DNA of 64,000 nt, taken from the NCBI GenBank assembly GCA_963815095.1, contig CAWFFH010000003.1, positions 1,440,001 to 1,504,000 of the forward strand. Reading direction: 5' to 3'. Positions 1 through 13,650 of the stretch are shown here, piece after piece; position 1 is the stretch's first letter; every line of letters begins with the position of its first letter. This stretch comes from Candidatus Bathyarchaeota archaeon (GTDB lineage Archaea > Thermoproteota > Bathyarchaeia > Bathyarchaeales > Bathycorpusculaceae). The notes beneath the pieces were generated by a model. The model saw nothing but the letters and a program-made list of their open reading frames with translations. It did no database searches and was not told where the DNA came from. The position numbers and the translations under genes are program-made.

Positions 1-2
1 TG

Positions 3-104
3 CTCGTCAAAAAGCTGGTTTTAAACAAGAAATTCCATTACTTTGCTGCATACACGTTTGCATTGGGAATTATTCTTATTCTTTTGGCGCTCTTAGGATT
101 TTAA
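3..104 (+). CDS. 3' end of membrane protein, probably undecaprenyl-diphosphate phosphatase (partial, runs off window start)
   Basis: Frame reads LVKKLVLNKKFHYFAAYTFALGIILILLALLGF*, resembling the last TM helix of UppP/BacA. Confidence 0.5.
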   Translation, partial: LVKKLVLNKKFHYFAAYTFALGIILILLALLGF

Positions 105-172
105 GAAGGGCTGTTTTTTTCAGTCGAATTTGAAAACTGGTTTGGACAAGTAAGTGCCAAATAATAAATGGG

Positions 173-1954
173 TTAGATGGTCTTTTCTAAATCCCCAATG
201 AAGCGTTCAAACACCTTCAAACCGCTATTCCAGAAGTCAGGCGATGCCACGTTTAGCCCAACAGTTTTCCCGATTTCCAACGGCGACATGCTGCCGCCTG
301 CAGACAACGCTTTTACCAGTTTTGGAACAAACGATTTGCCTTCCTCCAAATAACGCTCATATAAGGAGTAGACGAACATTTGGGCGTAGACGTAGGGGTA
401 GTTATAGAAACGGTAGTTTGCCATGTAATAGTGAGGTTTCATGGTCCATTCGGCTTCCATTTCGGGGAACCAAGTGACGGCGTCGCCGAAGATGCGGTCA
501 CGGCTTTTGGTCCAGTGGTTACAGATGGTTTTGTAATCCAAATATTCGCCCTTCTCTATGGAGGCGTAAAGTGCTTGTTCAAACCACACTCGTGCGGTAA
601 CTTGGAATGCAGTCATTCCTGCTTCATCCAACACCAAACACAGTAGTGCCTTGCGTTCTGCATCTGTCTTCGCTCCGTCCAGCAACTGGTCAGTGAGTAG
701 TAGTTCGCCAAAAATCGAGGCTGTTTCAGCCATTGCAGAGGGAACGTTCATGTTCAGTAGTGTTTGGCTTCTCGATGCATACCAGTCATGGGTTGCGTGT
801 CCGAGCTCATGCGCCAGCGTGTACACATCTGTTAGTGTGCCGTTGAAACTTTGAAGAATGTAGGCTGATTTGCCGTTGTAGTATCCTGCGCAAAATGCGC
901 CGTTGCGTTTCCCAAATCGTGGTGTGGCGTCTATGTGGCGTTTTTGGAACATTTCCGTGACGGCAGTTGCGTAGGCTGGGTCGAATCGGCTGTAGGAATG
1001 AGTGATGAGGTCCTGTGCTTGTTGGAAAGTAAATTTGAGGTCTGAGGATTCTGGTAAGGGTGCCACGATGTCATGATTGCCCAACACTGGCAGATCCATC
1101 AATTTGGCTTTTAACTTGAGATAACGCCGATAAGCTTTCGATCCTTCCTCTACGGTTTTGAGAAGGTTAGCAATTATGCCCTCTTGGGTGTCGTTGCTGA
1201 TTACGCTGGACTCCATTGGCGAGGCATATTTTCGTCTTTTAGACACACTTACCCAATCATTGCAGATGTTACGCAGTGCTGCCGAAAATACTTCGCTGTC
1301 TTTTCCTAGAAGTCCATAAATGGAGCGGTTTGCAGATTCACGGGTGGCTCGATCGTGGTGCGAAAGCCATCCGTTGGCTTCTCCGTAGCTCAAGGTCTTT
1401 TTTTCTCCCAAAACGTTCACTTCAAAGAGGCGAGTATTGAGCCATTTACTCTGAAGTTCCTCCCACGCATTGATGCCGAATTGGTCCTTCTCGATGATGA
1501 GTTGCTCTTCAACTTCGGATAGTTGGTGCTCTACGCGCCGTTGGATACGTTCTAAGGCGTGCTTGTAATTGGCTAAAGCTGGTTCGTTGATTATTTGAGG
1601 TCTACTTTTTACCAAAGCGCCCAGCTCTAGAGAATAAAACGCCAACTGCTTGCTAATTTTAGCTGAAAGTTTGTCTATTTTATCGTTAAGTGTCTGTGCT
1701 TGGGGTTGAGTCATGTCTGCCGAAAACGATAGGCTCGAGTATAGAGTTAGGTCACTGAATTTTGCCTCAAACGTCTCAATATCTCTGAAGCAACGCAGTA
1801 AGTCCTCGGCAGTTAACTGGGTTACTTTGCTGCGGTAAGTTTTCTCAAAGGCATCCGCCGTTGTCTCGGCTTCCTTTATGGCTTGGTCAATTTTAGGGTC
1901 AGTTAAGCTAGAAAAAAGCTCGGTTAAATTCCATGTAACTTGTTGAGTTGTCAA
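173..1954 (-). CDS. pepF: Oligoendopeptidase F (M3B family)
   Basis: 593 aa; N-terminal WNLTELF, TLAHELGH zinc motif, AETAS, GKRNGAFC, FYNYPY. Confidence 0.92.
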   Translation of the reverse strand: MTTQQVTWNLTELFSSLTDPKIDQAIKEAETTADAFEKTYRSKVTQLTAEDLLRCFRDIETFEAKFSDLTLYSSLSFSADMTQPQAQTLNDKIDKLSAKISKQLAFYSLELGALVKSRPQIINEPALANYKHALERIQRRVEHQLSEVEEQLIIEKDQFGINAWEELQSKWLNTRLFEVNVLGEKKTLSYGEANGWLSHHDRATRESANRSIYGLLGKDSEVFSAALRNICNDWVSVSKRRKYASPMESSVISNDTQEGIIANLLKTVEEGSKAYRRYLKLKAKLMDLPVLGNHDIVAPLPESSDLKFTFQQAQDLITHSYSRFDPAYATAVTEMFQKRHIDATPRFGKRNGAFCAGYYNGKSAYILQSFNGTLTDVYTLAHELGHATHDWYASRSQTLLNMNVPSAMAETASIFGELLLTDQLLDGAKTDAERKALLCLVLDEAGMTAFQVTARVWFEQALYASIEKGEYLDYKTICNHWTKSRDRIFGDAVTWFPEMEAEWTMKPHYYMANYRFYNYPYVYAQMFVYSLYERYLEEGKSFVPKLVKALSAGGSMSPLEIGKTVGLNVASPDFWNSGLKVFERFIGDLEKTI

Positions 1955-2041
1955 ATGTGTGTGCCTCTGATGGACTAATGTGGGATGGGTTATTTTGGAT
2001 TATTGTTCCGTCCTAAAATTGTGCTTTAATTGCCATTTTTT

Positions 2042-2242
2042 TTAAGCCAAAATTATCGGTACTTCGCACATTTGGGCTGGGTCAAAGGTTTCGAGAATTA
2101 ACTTGGATCCTTTTTTGACGGTTACACAGTCGGTTCCGCAGATTGGGCATGGAACAAACTCATGTTCTCCTATAGCGTCGAACTCGAAGCTACAGTGGCA
2201 TTCAGGGCAAGTAAAAATTATCGATGCGTCTGTTGTTTTCAT
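2042..2242 (-). CDS. LysW-like zinc-ribbon small protein
   Basis: CPEC...CPICG with LysW-like spacing; GGAGG SD upstream; lacks C-terminal EDWGE. Confidence 0.65.
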   Translation of the reverse strand: MKTTDASIIFTCPECHCSFEFDAIGEHEFVPCPICGTDCVTVKKGSKLILETFDPAQMCEVPIILA

Positions 2243-2434
2243 TTTCTATCCTCCTAAAAAACTAAGTTTTTCTATTCAATTAATTAGCTAAATTGTTTTG
2301 TGATTTATAGAAACAGCTTGTTTGTCTCTGCAAACGTACAACTTCTGACTAGGTAATAACTTTATCCATAGATACATGAAGTTTGGATGGTGCTAAGGTC
2401 AATTTTTTTCAAAAAATAATCAGACCTGAAGTCA

Positions 2435-2671
2435 TTAACGAAGTTCTTTTTCAGCCTTGTATATTTGTTTGTCCAACTTTTCTTTGTATCTGTCCGCTTC
2501 GTTTTCCTTTAGGTCTACTGGACTTGCATTCAAACTCTTCATTAATTCTTTGTCGCTTAGGTTTACAAATTTTTCAGCAAGTTCATCAAGGAGCTTGCGG
2601 ATTTCTTTAAGTTCCACAGCTATCCCCCTAAGGCTTCTCCTGTCCTCGTCTGTCAAGACTATTTTGCCCAC
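2435..2671 (-). CDS. Hypothetical small helical/coiled-coil protein
   Basis: 78 aa ORF with GGTGA SD before GTG; charged helical composition. Confidence 0.55.
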   Translation of the reverse strand: MGKIVLTDEDRRSLRGIAVELKEIRKLLDELAEKFVNLSDKELMKSLNASPVDLKENEADRYKEKLDKQIYKAEKELR

Positions 2672-2753
2672 AGCAAGTCACCGAATAAGCTTATTTTACA
2701 AGTGATGAGTAGTATTAAAATTTCCCTAAAAAAGAAAAATGCTTAAGAATTGT

Positions 2754-2876
2754 TGGTGCTACGGGCAGGATTTGAACCTGCGAACCCCTGAGGGAAAGGA
2801 TTTCCCATTCGGGCGCTTGAGTCAAAGCGTCGAGATCTTGAGTCCTTCACCTTTGACCTAGCTTGGTTACCGTAGC
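2754..2876 (-). tRNA. tRNA-Leu (CAA) with 35-nt intron at 37/38 (intron 2802-2836), encoded CCA
   Basis: Acceptor GCTACGG/CCGTAGC+ACCA, anticodon stem AAGGA/TCCTT, long variable arm, T-arm GCAGG-TTCAAAT-CCTGC; BHB with central CTCA/TGGG helix and AGA/AAA bulges. Confidence 0.95.
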
Positions 2877-2949
2877 AACGTTTCGATTAGAAAACTGTCT
2901 GGCTCCGTCTTATTAATCATTTCCCGTCTACCGCAAAAGTAAAACACCA

Positions 2950-3858
2950 ATGCAACGATACTTAGAAGTAATGCAGACGCAGCACAGAATTATCCTTGGC
3001 AACAGCCAACAAATGCCCGAACTTGCTAACGCAAGTGTGCAATTAATGGTGACTTCGCCGCCTTACCCCATGATAGCCATGTGGGACGAGTTGTTTGCGA
3101 AGGCTGATCCCAAGATTGCAGAATTATTCAAGAAATTGAACTCTGATGGCAAAGAGGAAACAGTGCGACAGATCTATACTGAAATGCATGACTATTTGGC
3201 GAAGGTTTGGCAGGAAACCTACCGGGTCCTAGTTGACGGGGGCATCGCGTGCATAAACATTGGCGACGCAACCCGAACTGTAAACGGAAGATTCCAGCTC
3301 TACCCCAACCACTCCCGAATCACTGAAGTCTGCGAAAAAATCGGCTTTACAACCCTTCCATATATTTTATGGAAAAAGCCCACCAATAAACCGGCGTATA
3401 AAGGCAAAGGCGCCTTTTTGGGCTCAGGTTTCCTTCCCCCAAACGCCTACGTAACGCTGGATTGTGAGTTTATTTTGTTGTTTAGGAAGGGAAAACTGAG
3501 AAAGTTCCAACCTAAAGATATTCTGCGGTATGAAAGTGCTTTCACGAAAGTGCAGCGTGATGAGTGGTTTAGTCAGATTTGGTCCTTGAAGGGCACCCGG
3601 CAGACTTCAACCGAATTAGAACGTAGAACCGCAGCATACCCTGAAGAAATCGCCGAGCGCCTAATCCGAATGTTTAGCGTTAAAGGCGAACTCGTGCTAG
3701 ACCCTTTTTTGGGTTCGGGAACAACCACAAAAATCACCATTCAAAATGAACGCAGCAGCATTGGATACGAATCAGATCTCAACTTGTTGCCAGTTATAGT
3801 CAAAAAAACAGGTACCGCTAAGGGCAAAGAAGCAATTGTGGAAATAATTAAACGTTGA
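2950..3858 (+). CDS. Site-specific DNA methyltransferase (N4-C/N6-A, beta class)
   Basis: TSPPY catalytic motif precedes DPFLGSGTT SAM-binding motif. Confidence 0.9.
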   Translation: MQRYLEVMQTQHRIILGNSQQMPELANASVQLMVTSPPYPMIAMWDELFAKADPKIAELFKKLNSDGKEETVRQIYTEMHDYLAKVWQETYRVLVDGGIACINIGDATRTVNGRFQLYPNHSRITEVCEKIGFTTLPYILWKKPTNKPAYKGKGAFLGSGFLPPNAYVTLDCEFILLFRKGKLRKFQPKDILRYESAFTKVQRDEWFSQIWSLKGTRQTSTELERRTAAYPEEIAERLIRMFSVKGELVLDPFLGSGTTTKITIQNERSSIGYESDLNLLPVIVKKTGTAKGKEAIVEIIKR

Positions 3859-3927
3859 AGACAGGCGGGATTTGCCAAATTCTTAATATTGTCTTCAGCT
3901 ATTTTCTAACAAAAAAGGTTGGTCTAA

Positions 3928-4245
3928 TTGGTTAAGAAAGAGTTAGACAATGGGAAACCCATGGGATTTGGCAATACTTCGCGAAGGTTTACCCATTCTA
4001 GTCGACGCGTGAAGGGCACAATTGCAAAGGACCGTTTTGCTTTTGATCAAGCTATGCAGGGACACGATTGCCTAAAAATTCGACAAGATGGCGATTTTGT
4101 GGTTCAGAAACGTGATTTTTTTGGGAACAAAGTTGGTGAGCCAACTACATATGAAGTGAAGACAGGGAACTCTAAATTGACGGAAGCTCAGGAGAAAAGG
4201 CAACGTCGACTAGGTAGGAATCGCTACAAAATTGCCAGGTATTAG
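3928..4245 (+). CDS. Small basic protein with PD-(D/E)xK-like nuclease motif
   Basis: GDFVV...YEVKTG...LTEAQ pattern; start may be ATG 3961. Confidence 0.55.
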   Translation: MVKKELDNGKPMGFGNTSRRFTHSSRRVKGTIAKDRFAFDQAMQGHDCLKIRQDGDFVVQKRDFFGNKVGEPTTYEVKTGNSKLTEAQEKRQRRLGRNRYKIARY

Positions 4246-4719
4246 CTGGAATTGGGTCTTATTGTCCTGAAAGGAAGAAGATTACTATAAGCGTTTTCTA
4301 AGGCCAAAAGCATGTTGGAAATTGGTGCAAACGCAGAAAAGAACTAAGTTAGTAGGGTTATTTTGTTTATAAAAGCGTGTTCTTAAGTGTCTCATGCGCA
4401 TTGACCATGGTTGTGTGCTGTTTGTGCGTACTGGTCGAATTTTTTCGTCGTTTCTTATTTTGTCTCATTCAGTTTCGAGGAGAAAAGTTTTTTTCAACCA
4501 GATGCTCTATGATTGTTATTAGAGATTCAGTTTAGACTCATTGTGAATAAAAATGTTTATATTCGACGTAGGCGGCTTGTGTTTGTGCTCTTAGAAAAGT
4601 TAGTTGACCCTTTTTCGAGTTGGACCTATCCAGCATCGGAGGAAATGAAAAAGTGAAAACACAATTAACAAAAATTCACAATCAGTATTATATCTTAAGT
4701 TTATGGGAGAACTGAAAAC

Positions 4720-7700
4720 TTGACTAATGTACAAAAAGAAGATATCCATTATCTTTTGAAAACTTTTTTCAACGAGAAAGGCCTAGTTCGTCAGCATCTT
4801 GACAGTTATAACGAATTTATCGACCATGGACTTCAAGAAGTCGTGGACGAGGTAGCTGAAATCCCTATTGAAGTTCCTGAGAGCCCATATAAAGTGAAAC
4901 TTGGACAAATCTGGGTAATTGACCCTCAATCGCGTATTACCGGTCCTTACGCCACAGAAGTGGATGGAACCAAACATGAAATTTATCCAATGGAAGCCCG
5001 ACTACGCAACTTAGCGTATTCCGCACCCATTGCACTTGAAATGACTCCTGTTGTAGATGGAAGAGAACAGGATACAGAGCTTGTTTACATCGGCAATATC
5101 CCTGTAATGTTGAAGAGCAAACTTTGCTTCCTTAGCCAACTCAGCAAAGAAGAGCTTATCGCGGCAGGAGAAGACCCTGATGATCCAGGAGGATATTTTG
5201 TTGTTAACGGTTCTGAACGTGTTATCGTTGCGATGGAAGACTTGGCACCAAACCGCGTCATCGTTGACATCGACGAAAAAGGCACATCACCAGTTTATCA
5301 AGCAAAAATCTTCTCAACAACAGTCGGTTTCCGAGCAAGAATTGAACTTAAACTAAAATCAGACGACGCAATCTACGTCACTATGCCGGGAGTTCCCACA
5401 GAAATCCCATTCGTCGTCATCATGCGCGCACTAACCATGGAAAAAGACAAAGACATCGCCGAAGCAGTCACACTCGACAGCGAAACCCAAACCCAACTCT
5501 CTGCCTCATTCGAAAAAGCCATCGGCGTAGACACCCCAAGCGACGCCATTCTTTTCATCGGCAACCGCGTTGCCCACGGACAAGTCGAAGAATACCGACT
5601 CCAAAAGGCAGAAACAGCGTTGGACAAAAACTTCCTCCCACACTTAGGAAGAAGCGACAAAAACCGCAAAGAAAAAGCCATATTCCTTGGCGAAATGGCA
5701 TACCGGGTTATCCAACTAAAAACAGGCAGACGCCAACCAGACGACAAGGACCACTTCAAAAACAAACGTCTAAGACTCGGTGGTCCTTTGCTCGCAGACT
5801 TATTCCGTGTCTCATTTAGAAACCTTACACGGGACATAAAGTACCAGCTTGAACGCATCGGCGTTAAAGGCCCAATCATAACCGTCTCAGCTGCAGTACG
5901 CCCAGGAATTATCACTGAACGTTTCCAGCATGCACTGGCAACAGGCAACTGGGGCAGAGGAAGAGTCGGCATCACCCAACTTTTGGACCGAACAAACTAC
6001 ATCTCCACTCTTAGCCACCTACGCAGACTCCAATCACCTTTAAGCAGAAGCCAACCTAACTTCGAAGCCAGAGACTTACACCCCACCCACTGGGGACGCT
6101 TATGCCCTAACGAAACCCCTGAAGGCTCAAACTGCGGGCTCGTAAAAAACCTCGCATTATCAGCCTCCATCGCAGTCGGTGTAAACCCAGACAAAATCAA
6201 GCAGTTACTCTTCGAAATGGGCAGCGTACCAGCATACGAAGCCTCCATCGAATTACGCATTTCAGGCGCCAAAGTTTTCGTCGACGGAAACATAATTGGC
6301 TACTGCAATAACCCCCAAGAAGTGGTACAAGCATTCCGCCAGAAACGCAGAGCAGGCGAAATATCAACAGAAGTTAACGTAACTTACTTCTCCAAAGCCC
6401 AAACCGAAACCGAAGAAGTCCACGCAAACTGCGACGAAGGCAGAGTCAGACGCCCACTCATCATCGTAGAAAACGGCACAGCAAAACTAGGCTCAAAACA
6501 CTTCGAAAAAGTCGGTTCAGGCGAATGGACATGGGAAGACCTTGTCAAGAACGGTTTAGTTGAATATTTGGATGCTGAAGAAGAAGAAAACGCATACATC
6601 GCGCTTGAATACGATGCTATTCAGCCCAAATCAACACACGTAGAAATTGCAACCTTCACAATCCTTGGCATCTGCGCATCAACCATCCCCTATCCAGAAC
6701 ACAACCAGTCACCACGCAACTCCTATCAAGCCGCCATGGCTAAACAGGCACTCGGCGTTTACAGCACAAACTTCCACCACCGCGTTGACTCACGCTCACA
6801 CATACTTCACTATCCACAAGTACCAATGGTTCAAACTGAAAACATGGATGTCATGGGCTACAAACAACGCCCAACAGGACAAAACTGTGTCGTCGCCGTG
6901 CTCAGCTTCGAAGGCTACAACATGGAAGACGCCATCATATTCAACAAAGCCTCCATCGAACGAGGCTTAGCGCGTTCCACTTTCTACCGTATATACGAAG
7001 CCGAATGTCGCCAATATTTAGGTGGCTTAAAAGACAAATTCACTGTTCCAGAACCAGGCACACGTGGTTACCGTGGAGAACAATATTACAGGCTCCTTGA
7101 ACCGGACGGAATCATCGGCTTAGAATCCCAAGTAGTCGGCGGAGACGTCTTAATTGGTAGAATTAGTCCTCCAAGATTCCTTGAAGAATACAAAGAATTC
7201 GAAGTTAAAGGACCCTCAATGCGTGACACATCCGTAGACATGCGCCCCTCCGAAACAGGCACCGTAGACGGCATATTCGTTACGATGTCAGGCGAAGGGA
7301 GCCAACTCGTCAAAGTCCGCGTAAGAGACCAAAGAGTCCCAGAACTTGGAGACAAATTTGCTTCACGCCATGGACAGAAAGGAGTTATTGGTCTAATCGT
7401 TCCCCAAGAAGACTTGCCCTTCACTGATGAAGGCATAGTTCCTGACCTAATAATTAACCCACACGCAATCCCCTCAAGAATGACCATCGGACAATTCATC
7501 GAATCACTCTCAGGCAAAGCCGCATGCGCAAGAGGCAAACCAGGCGACGGCACACCTTTCTCAAATGAAGGACCAGACGAAGTACGCAAAAACCTAGTAA
7601 AACTCGGATTCAGCCAAACCGGAAGCGAAGTCTTCTACAACGGCGCAACAGGCGAAAAATTCGTCGCGGACGTATTCGTTGGAATTGTTTACTACCAAAA

Positions 7701-8085
7701 ACTTCACCATATGGTTGCTGACAAAATACACGCCAGAGCGCGCGGTCAAGTGCAAATGCTCACCCGCCAGCCAACTGAAGGTCGCGCTCGGGGTGGTGGT
7801 CTTCGATTCGGAGAAATGGAACGAGACTGCCTCATTGGACACGGAGCCGCTATGCTGCTAAGAGATAGGCTGCTGGAAGAATCTGACAAGTACACGCTCT
7901 ACATATGCGAGAATTGTGGACAAATCGCTTACTTCGACATGAAGCAAAGGCGTTATGTCTGCAAGATATGCGACGAAAAAGCAAAGATTTCGCCAGTCAT
8001 CGTATCTTACGCTTTCAAGCTTCTGTTGCAAGAACTACAGAGCTTATGCATTACACCAAAATTAAGACTAAAGGAGAAGGCATAA
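4720..8085 (+). CDS. rpoB: DNA-directed RNA polymerase subunit B (Rpo2), unsplit
   Basis: 1121 aa; GDKFASRHGQKG, GGLRFGEMERD, C-terminal Zn finger. Confidence 0.99.
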   Translation: MTNVQKEDIHYLLKTFFNEKGLVRQHLDSYNEFIDHGLQEVVDEVAEIPIEVPESPYKVKLGQIWVIDPQSRITGPYATEVDGTKHEIYPMEARLRNLAYSAPIALEMTPVVDGREQDTELVYIGNIPVMLKSKLCFLSQLSKEELIAAGEDPDDPGGYFVVNGSERVIVAMEDLAPNRVIVDIDEKGTSPVYQAKIFSTTVGFRARIELKLKSDDAIYVTMPGVPTEIPFVVIMRALTMEKDKDIAEAVTLDSETQTQLSASFEKAIGVDTPSDAILFIGNRVAHGQVEEYRLQKAETALDKNFLPHLGRSDKNRKEKAIFLGEMAYRVIQLKTGRRQPDDKDHFKNKRLRLGGPLLADLFRVSFRNLTRDIKYQLERIGVKGPIITVSAAVRPGIITERFQHALATGNWGRGRVGITQLLDRTNYISTLSHLRRLQSPLSRSQPNFEARDLHPTHWGRLCPNETPEGSNCGLVKNLALSASIAVGVNPDKIKQLLFEMGSVPAYEASIELRISGAKVFVDGNIIGYCNNPQEVVQAFRQKRRAGEISTEVNVTYFSKAQTETEEVHANCDEGRVRRPLIIVENGTAKLGSKHFEKVGSGEWTWEDLVKNGLVEYLDAEEEENAYIALEYDAIQPKSTHVEIATFTILGICASTIPYPEHNQSPRNSYQAAMAKQALGVYSTNFHHRVDSRSHILHYPQVPMVQTENMDVMGYKQRPTGQNCVVAVLSFEGYNMEDAIIFNKASIERGLARSTFYRIYEAECRQYLGGLKDKFTVPEPGTRGYRGEQYYRLLEPDGIIGLESQVVGGDVLIGRISPPRFLEEYKEFEVKGPSMRDTSVDMRPSETGTVDGIFVTMSGEGSQLVKVRVRDQRVPELGDKFASRHGQKGVIGLIVPQEDLPFTDEGIVPDLIINPHAIPSRMTIGQFIESLSGKAACARGKPGDGTPFSNEGPDEVRKNLVKLGFSQTGSEVFYNGATGEKFVADVFVGIVYYQKLHHMVADKIHARARGQVQMLTRQPTEGRARGGGLRFGEMERDCLIGHGAAMLLRDRLLEESDKYTLYICENCGQIAYFDMKQRRYVCKICDEKAKISPVIVSYAFKLLLQELQSLCITPKLRLKEKA

Positions 8086-8086
8086 C

Positions 8087-11916
<3,830 letters not shown>

Positions 11917-11920
<4 letters not shown>

Positions 11921-12234
11921 TAGACATAGATAAAGCGTTAGCGTCTGCAGTGAAGACAGGTAAGGTTTCCTTTGGATCCAATGTTGCATTGCAAAACGCC
12001 AAAACCGGCAAAGCTAAGATGATAGTTTTAGCTTCAAACTGTCCAAAAGACATAAAAACACAAATTGAATACTATGGAGAAATCTCTAAAGTTCCCGTCA
12101 TAACCTACAAAGGTGGATCAATGGATTTAGCTGAAGTATGCAAGAAACTCTTTATTATTTCAGCCATGAGCATCCGCGAAACTGGGGATTCAGATATTCT
12201 CAAAGTAACCGAGGAAACTCAGGTACAAGAATAA
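11917..12234 (+). CDS. rpl30e: 50S ribosomal protein L30e
   Basis: AVKTGKVSFG...KAKMIVLASNCP...GDSDIL; conserved position after rpo1. Confidence 0.95.
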
Positions 12235-12254
12235 AAAACGGAGGAAAAGAAAGA

Positions 12255-12689
12255 ACGAGTGGCATAAAGATTACCTGCGACGAAATGCGATACATTGCTT
12301 TATTTGAAAGCATCAGCGGTGCTAGCGTAAAGGACTGTATAGTCGACGAAGTAGAACAACGCGCAATATTCGTAGTCAACCCAGGTCAAGTAGGTGTTGC
12401 CATCGGCAAGGGTGGACGGAACATCCATACTCTTGAGCGAATGACAGGCAAAAAACACGAAATCATTGAGTATAGCGAAGACCCAGCAACATTCATGAAA
12501 AACGCCCTAAAACCTGCAGCTGTCAGAGAAATCCGCGTTACCGAACGTACTGATGGCAAGAAAATGGCAGTCATTACAGTTAACCCTAAAGATAAGGGCG
12601 TCGCAATAGGTAAGAACGGCAAGAACGCCGAACGTTTGCGCTTTTTGGCAAAACGGTACTTCGACATTCAGAACGTCAGCATCTCCTAA
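12255..12689 (+). CDS. nusA: Archaeal NusA (two KH domains); likely non-canonical ACG start
   Basis: RYIALFES, AIGKGG and AIGKNG KH motifs; GGAGG at 12240-12244 then in-frame ACG at 12255. Confidence 0.93.
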   Translation, partial: TSGIKITCDEMRYIALFESISGASVKDCIVDEVEQRAIFVVNPGQVGVAIGKGGRNIHTLERMTGKKHEIIEYSEDPATFMKNALKPAAVREIRVTERTDGKKMAVITVNPKDKGVAIGKNGKNAERLRFLAKRYFDIQNVSIS

Positions 12690-12837
12690 GTAGTCCTTAA
12701 CAGGCTATTAGGCGATGAAAACGTCGCTGAAAACGTATAACAAGCCTTATTGTTGAACGTAAATTATTGTCTTTAGGTTACACCATGTTTAGGGCAAAAT
12801 CTTTTCATGAATATTTCTAATTTTTAAAAGTATAGTT

Positions 12838-12857
12838 GTTGCAAGTTAACTTGCAAC
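12838..12857. repeat. 20-bp perfect palindrome between convergent genes
   Basis: GTTGCAAGTTAACTTGCAAC is its own reverse complement. Confidence 0.8.
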
Positions 12858-12878
12858 CAGAATCAAAAAATTTGAATT

Positions 12879-13127
12879 TTAAGATGATCTAGTTTCATAC
12901 ACGATTACTGCGTCAGTTTTAATCTGCATAACCAAGTCGTGCCCTTCAACTATCTTCCGCAGGTTACCCATGCTTTCCTTAGACATGTTAGCTTTAATGT
13001 TAATGTGGTACCCATTATAGAGTGGATACATAGCTTTTTGAGGAATCAACGTGATAGTAGCCCCATCCAACCCAGGGCACCTATCCACGATTTCTCTAAG
13101 TAAGATTGCGATCTCCGCGAACTTCAT
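12879..13127 (-). CDS. Small hypothetical protein (paralog of 51652-51894 and 52840-53091)
   Basis: 82 aa; shares G[YF]xIx[IM]...IxxxHxL...[VI]IV[YF] pattern with two other ORFs in the window. Confidence 0.75.
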   Translation of the reverse strand: MKFAEIAILLREIVDRCPGLDGATITLIPQKAMYPLYNGYHINIKANMSKESMGNLRKIVEGHDLVMQIKTDAVIVYETRSS

Positions 13128-13328
13128 AAATTTAACCTATTAATACTCTGTTATACTATGCATAAAAAGCCTTCACTGCAATTCCTGTTTTCTCCATGAT
13201 GAACTTTAAGGGAATGCGGATTTTTTGGGTTACAACAAGGGTTTTCCATATTGGATGATGTGGTGCGTCGCGAATTTTTCATCGAGCTTTTTAAGGTATT
13301 TGGAATACGCCTGCACTAACAAAAAAGG

Positions 13329-13650
13329 ACAAACTGAAATTTTGGCGCGGCGTGTTGTTCTTCTTCCTATCAAATCAGAGGCAACCTGTTAACTGAAAGA
13401 AGAAGACACAATCCCTGCAAACAGCACTGTCTTCTTCTTTCAACTTAAGCTAATTTACTATCAGATTCACCAGTTAATGGGTAGAAGAAGGTTTGTGAAT
13501 TGCCACTTCTTCTTCTTTTAAAATGGGTTATGGGCGAAAGAACAACAACAAACTGAAATTTTGACGTGTTGTTGTTCTACCTTTCAAATCAGAAGTAACC
13601 AGCAAACTAATAGAAGAAGAAGCGCCCTACAGCAACTTTCTTCTTCTTTT
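13329..13650. repeat. Three tandem imperfect units, each with an AGAAGAAG...CTTCTTCT hairpin
   Basis: 15-bp perfect IR 13394-13408/13428-13442; related stems at 13483-13516 and 13612-13647; units 1 and 3 also share ACAAACTGAAATTTTG. Confidence 0.8.

Noticed and set aside
12138-12254. Track's N-terminal extension of NusA
   Set aside because: Overlaps rpl30e by about 100 nt and is unlike NusA; a strong SD lies downstream
13329-13650. CRISPR array
   Set aside because: Units are too divergent and unevenly spaced; no intact cas genes
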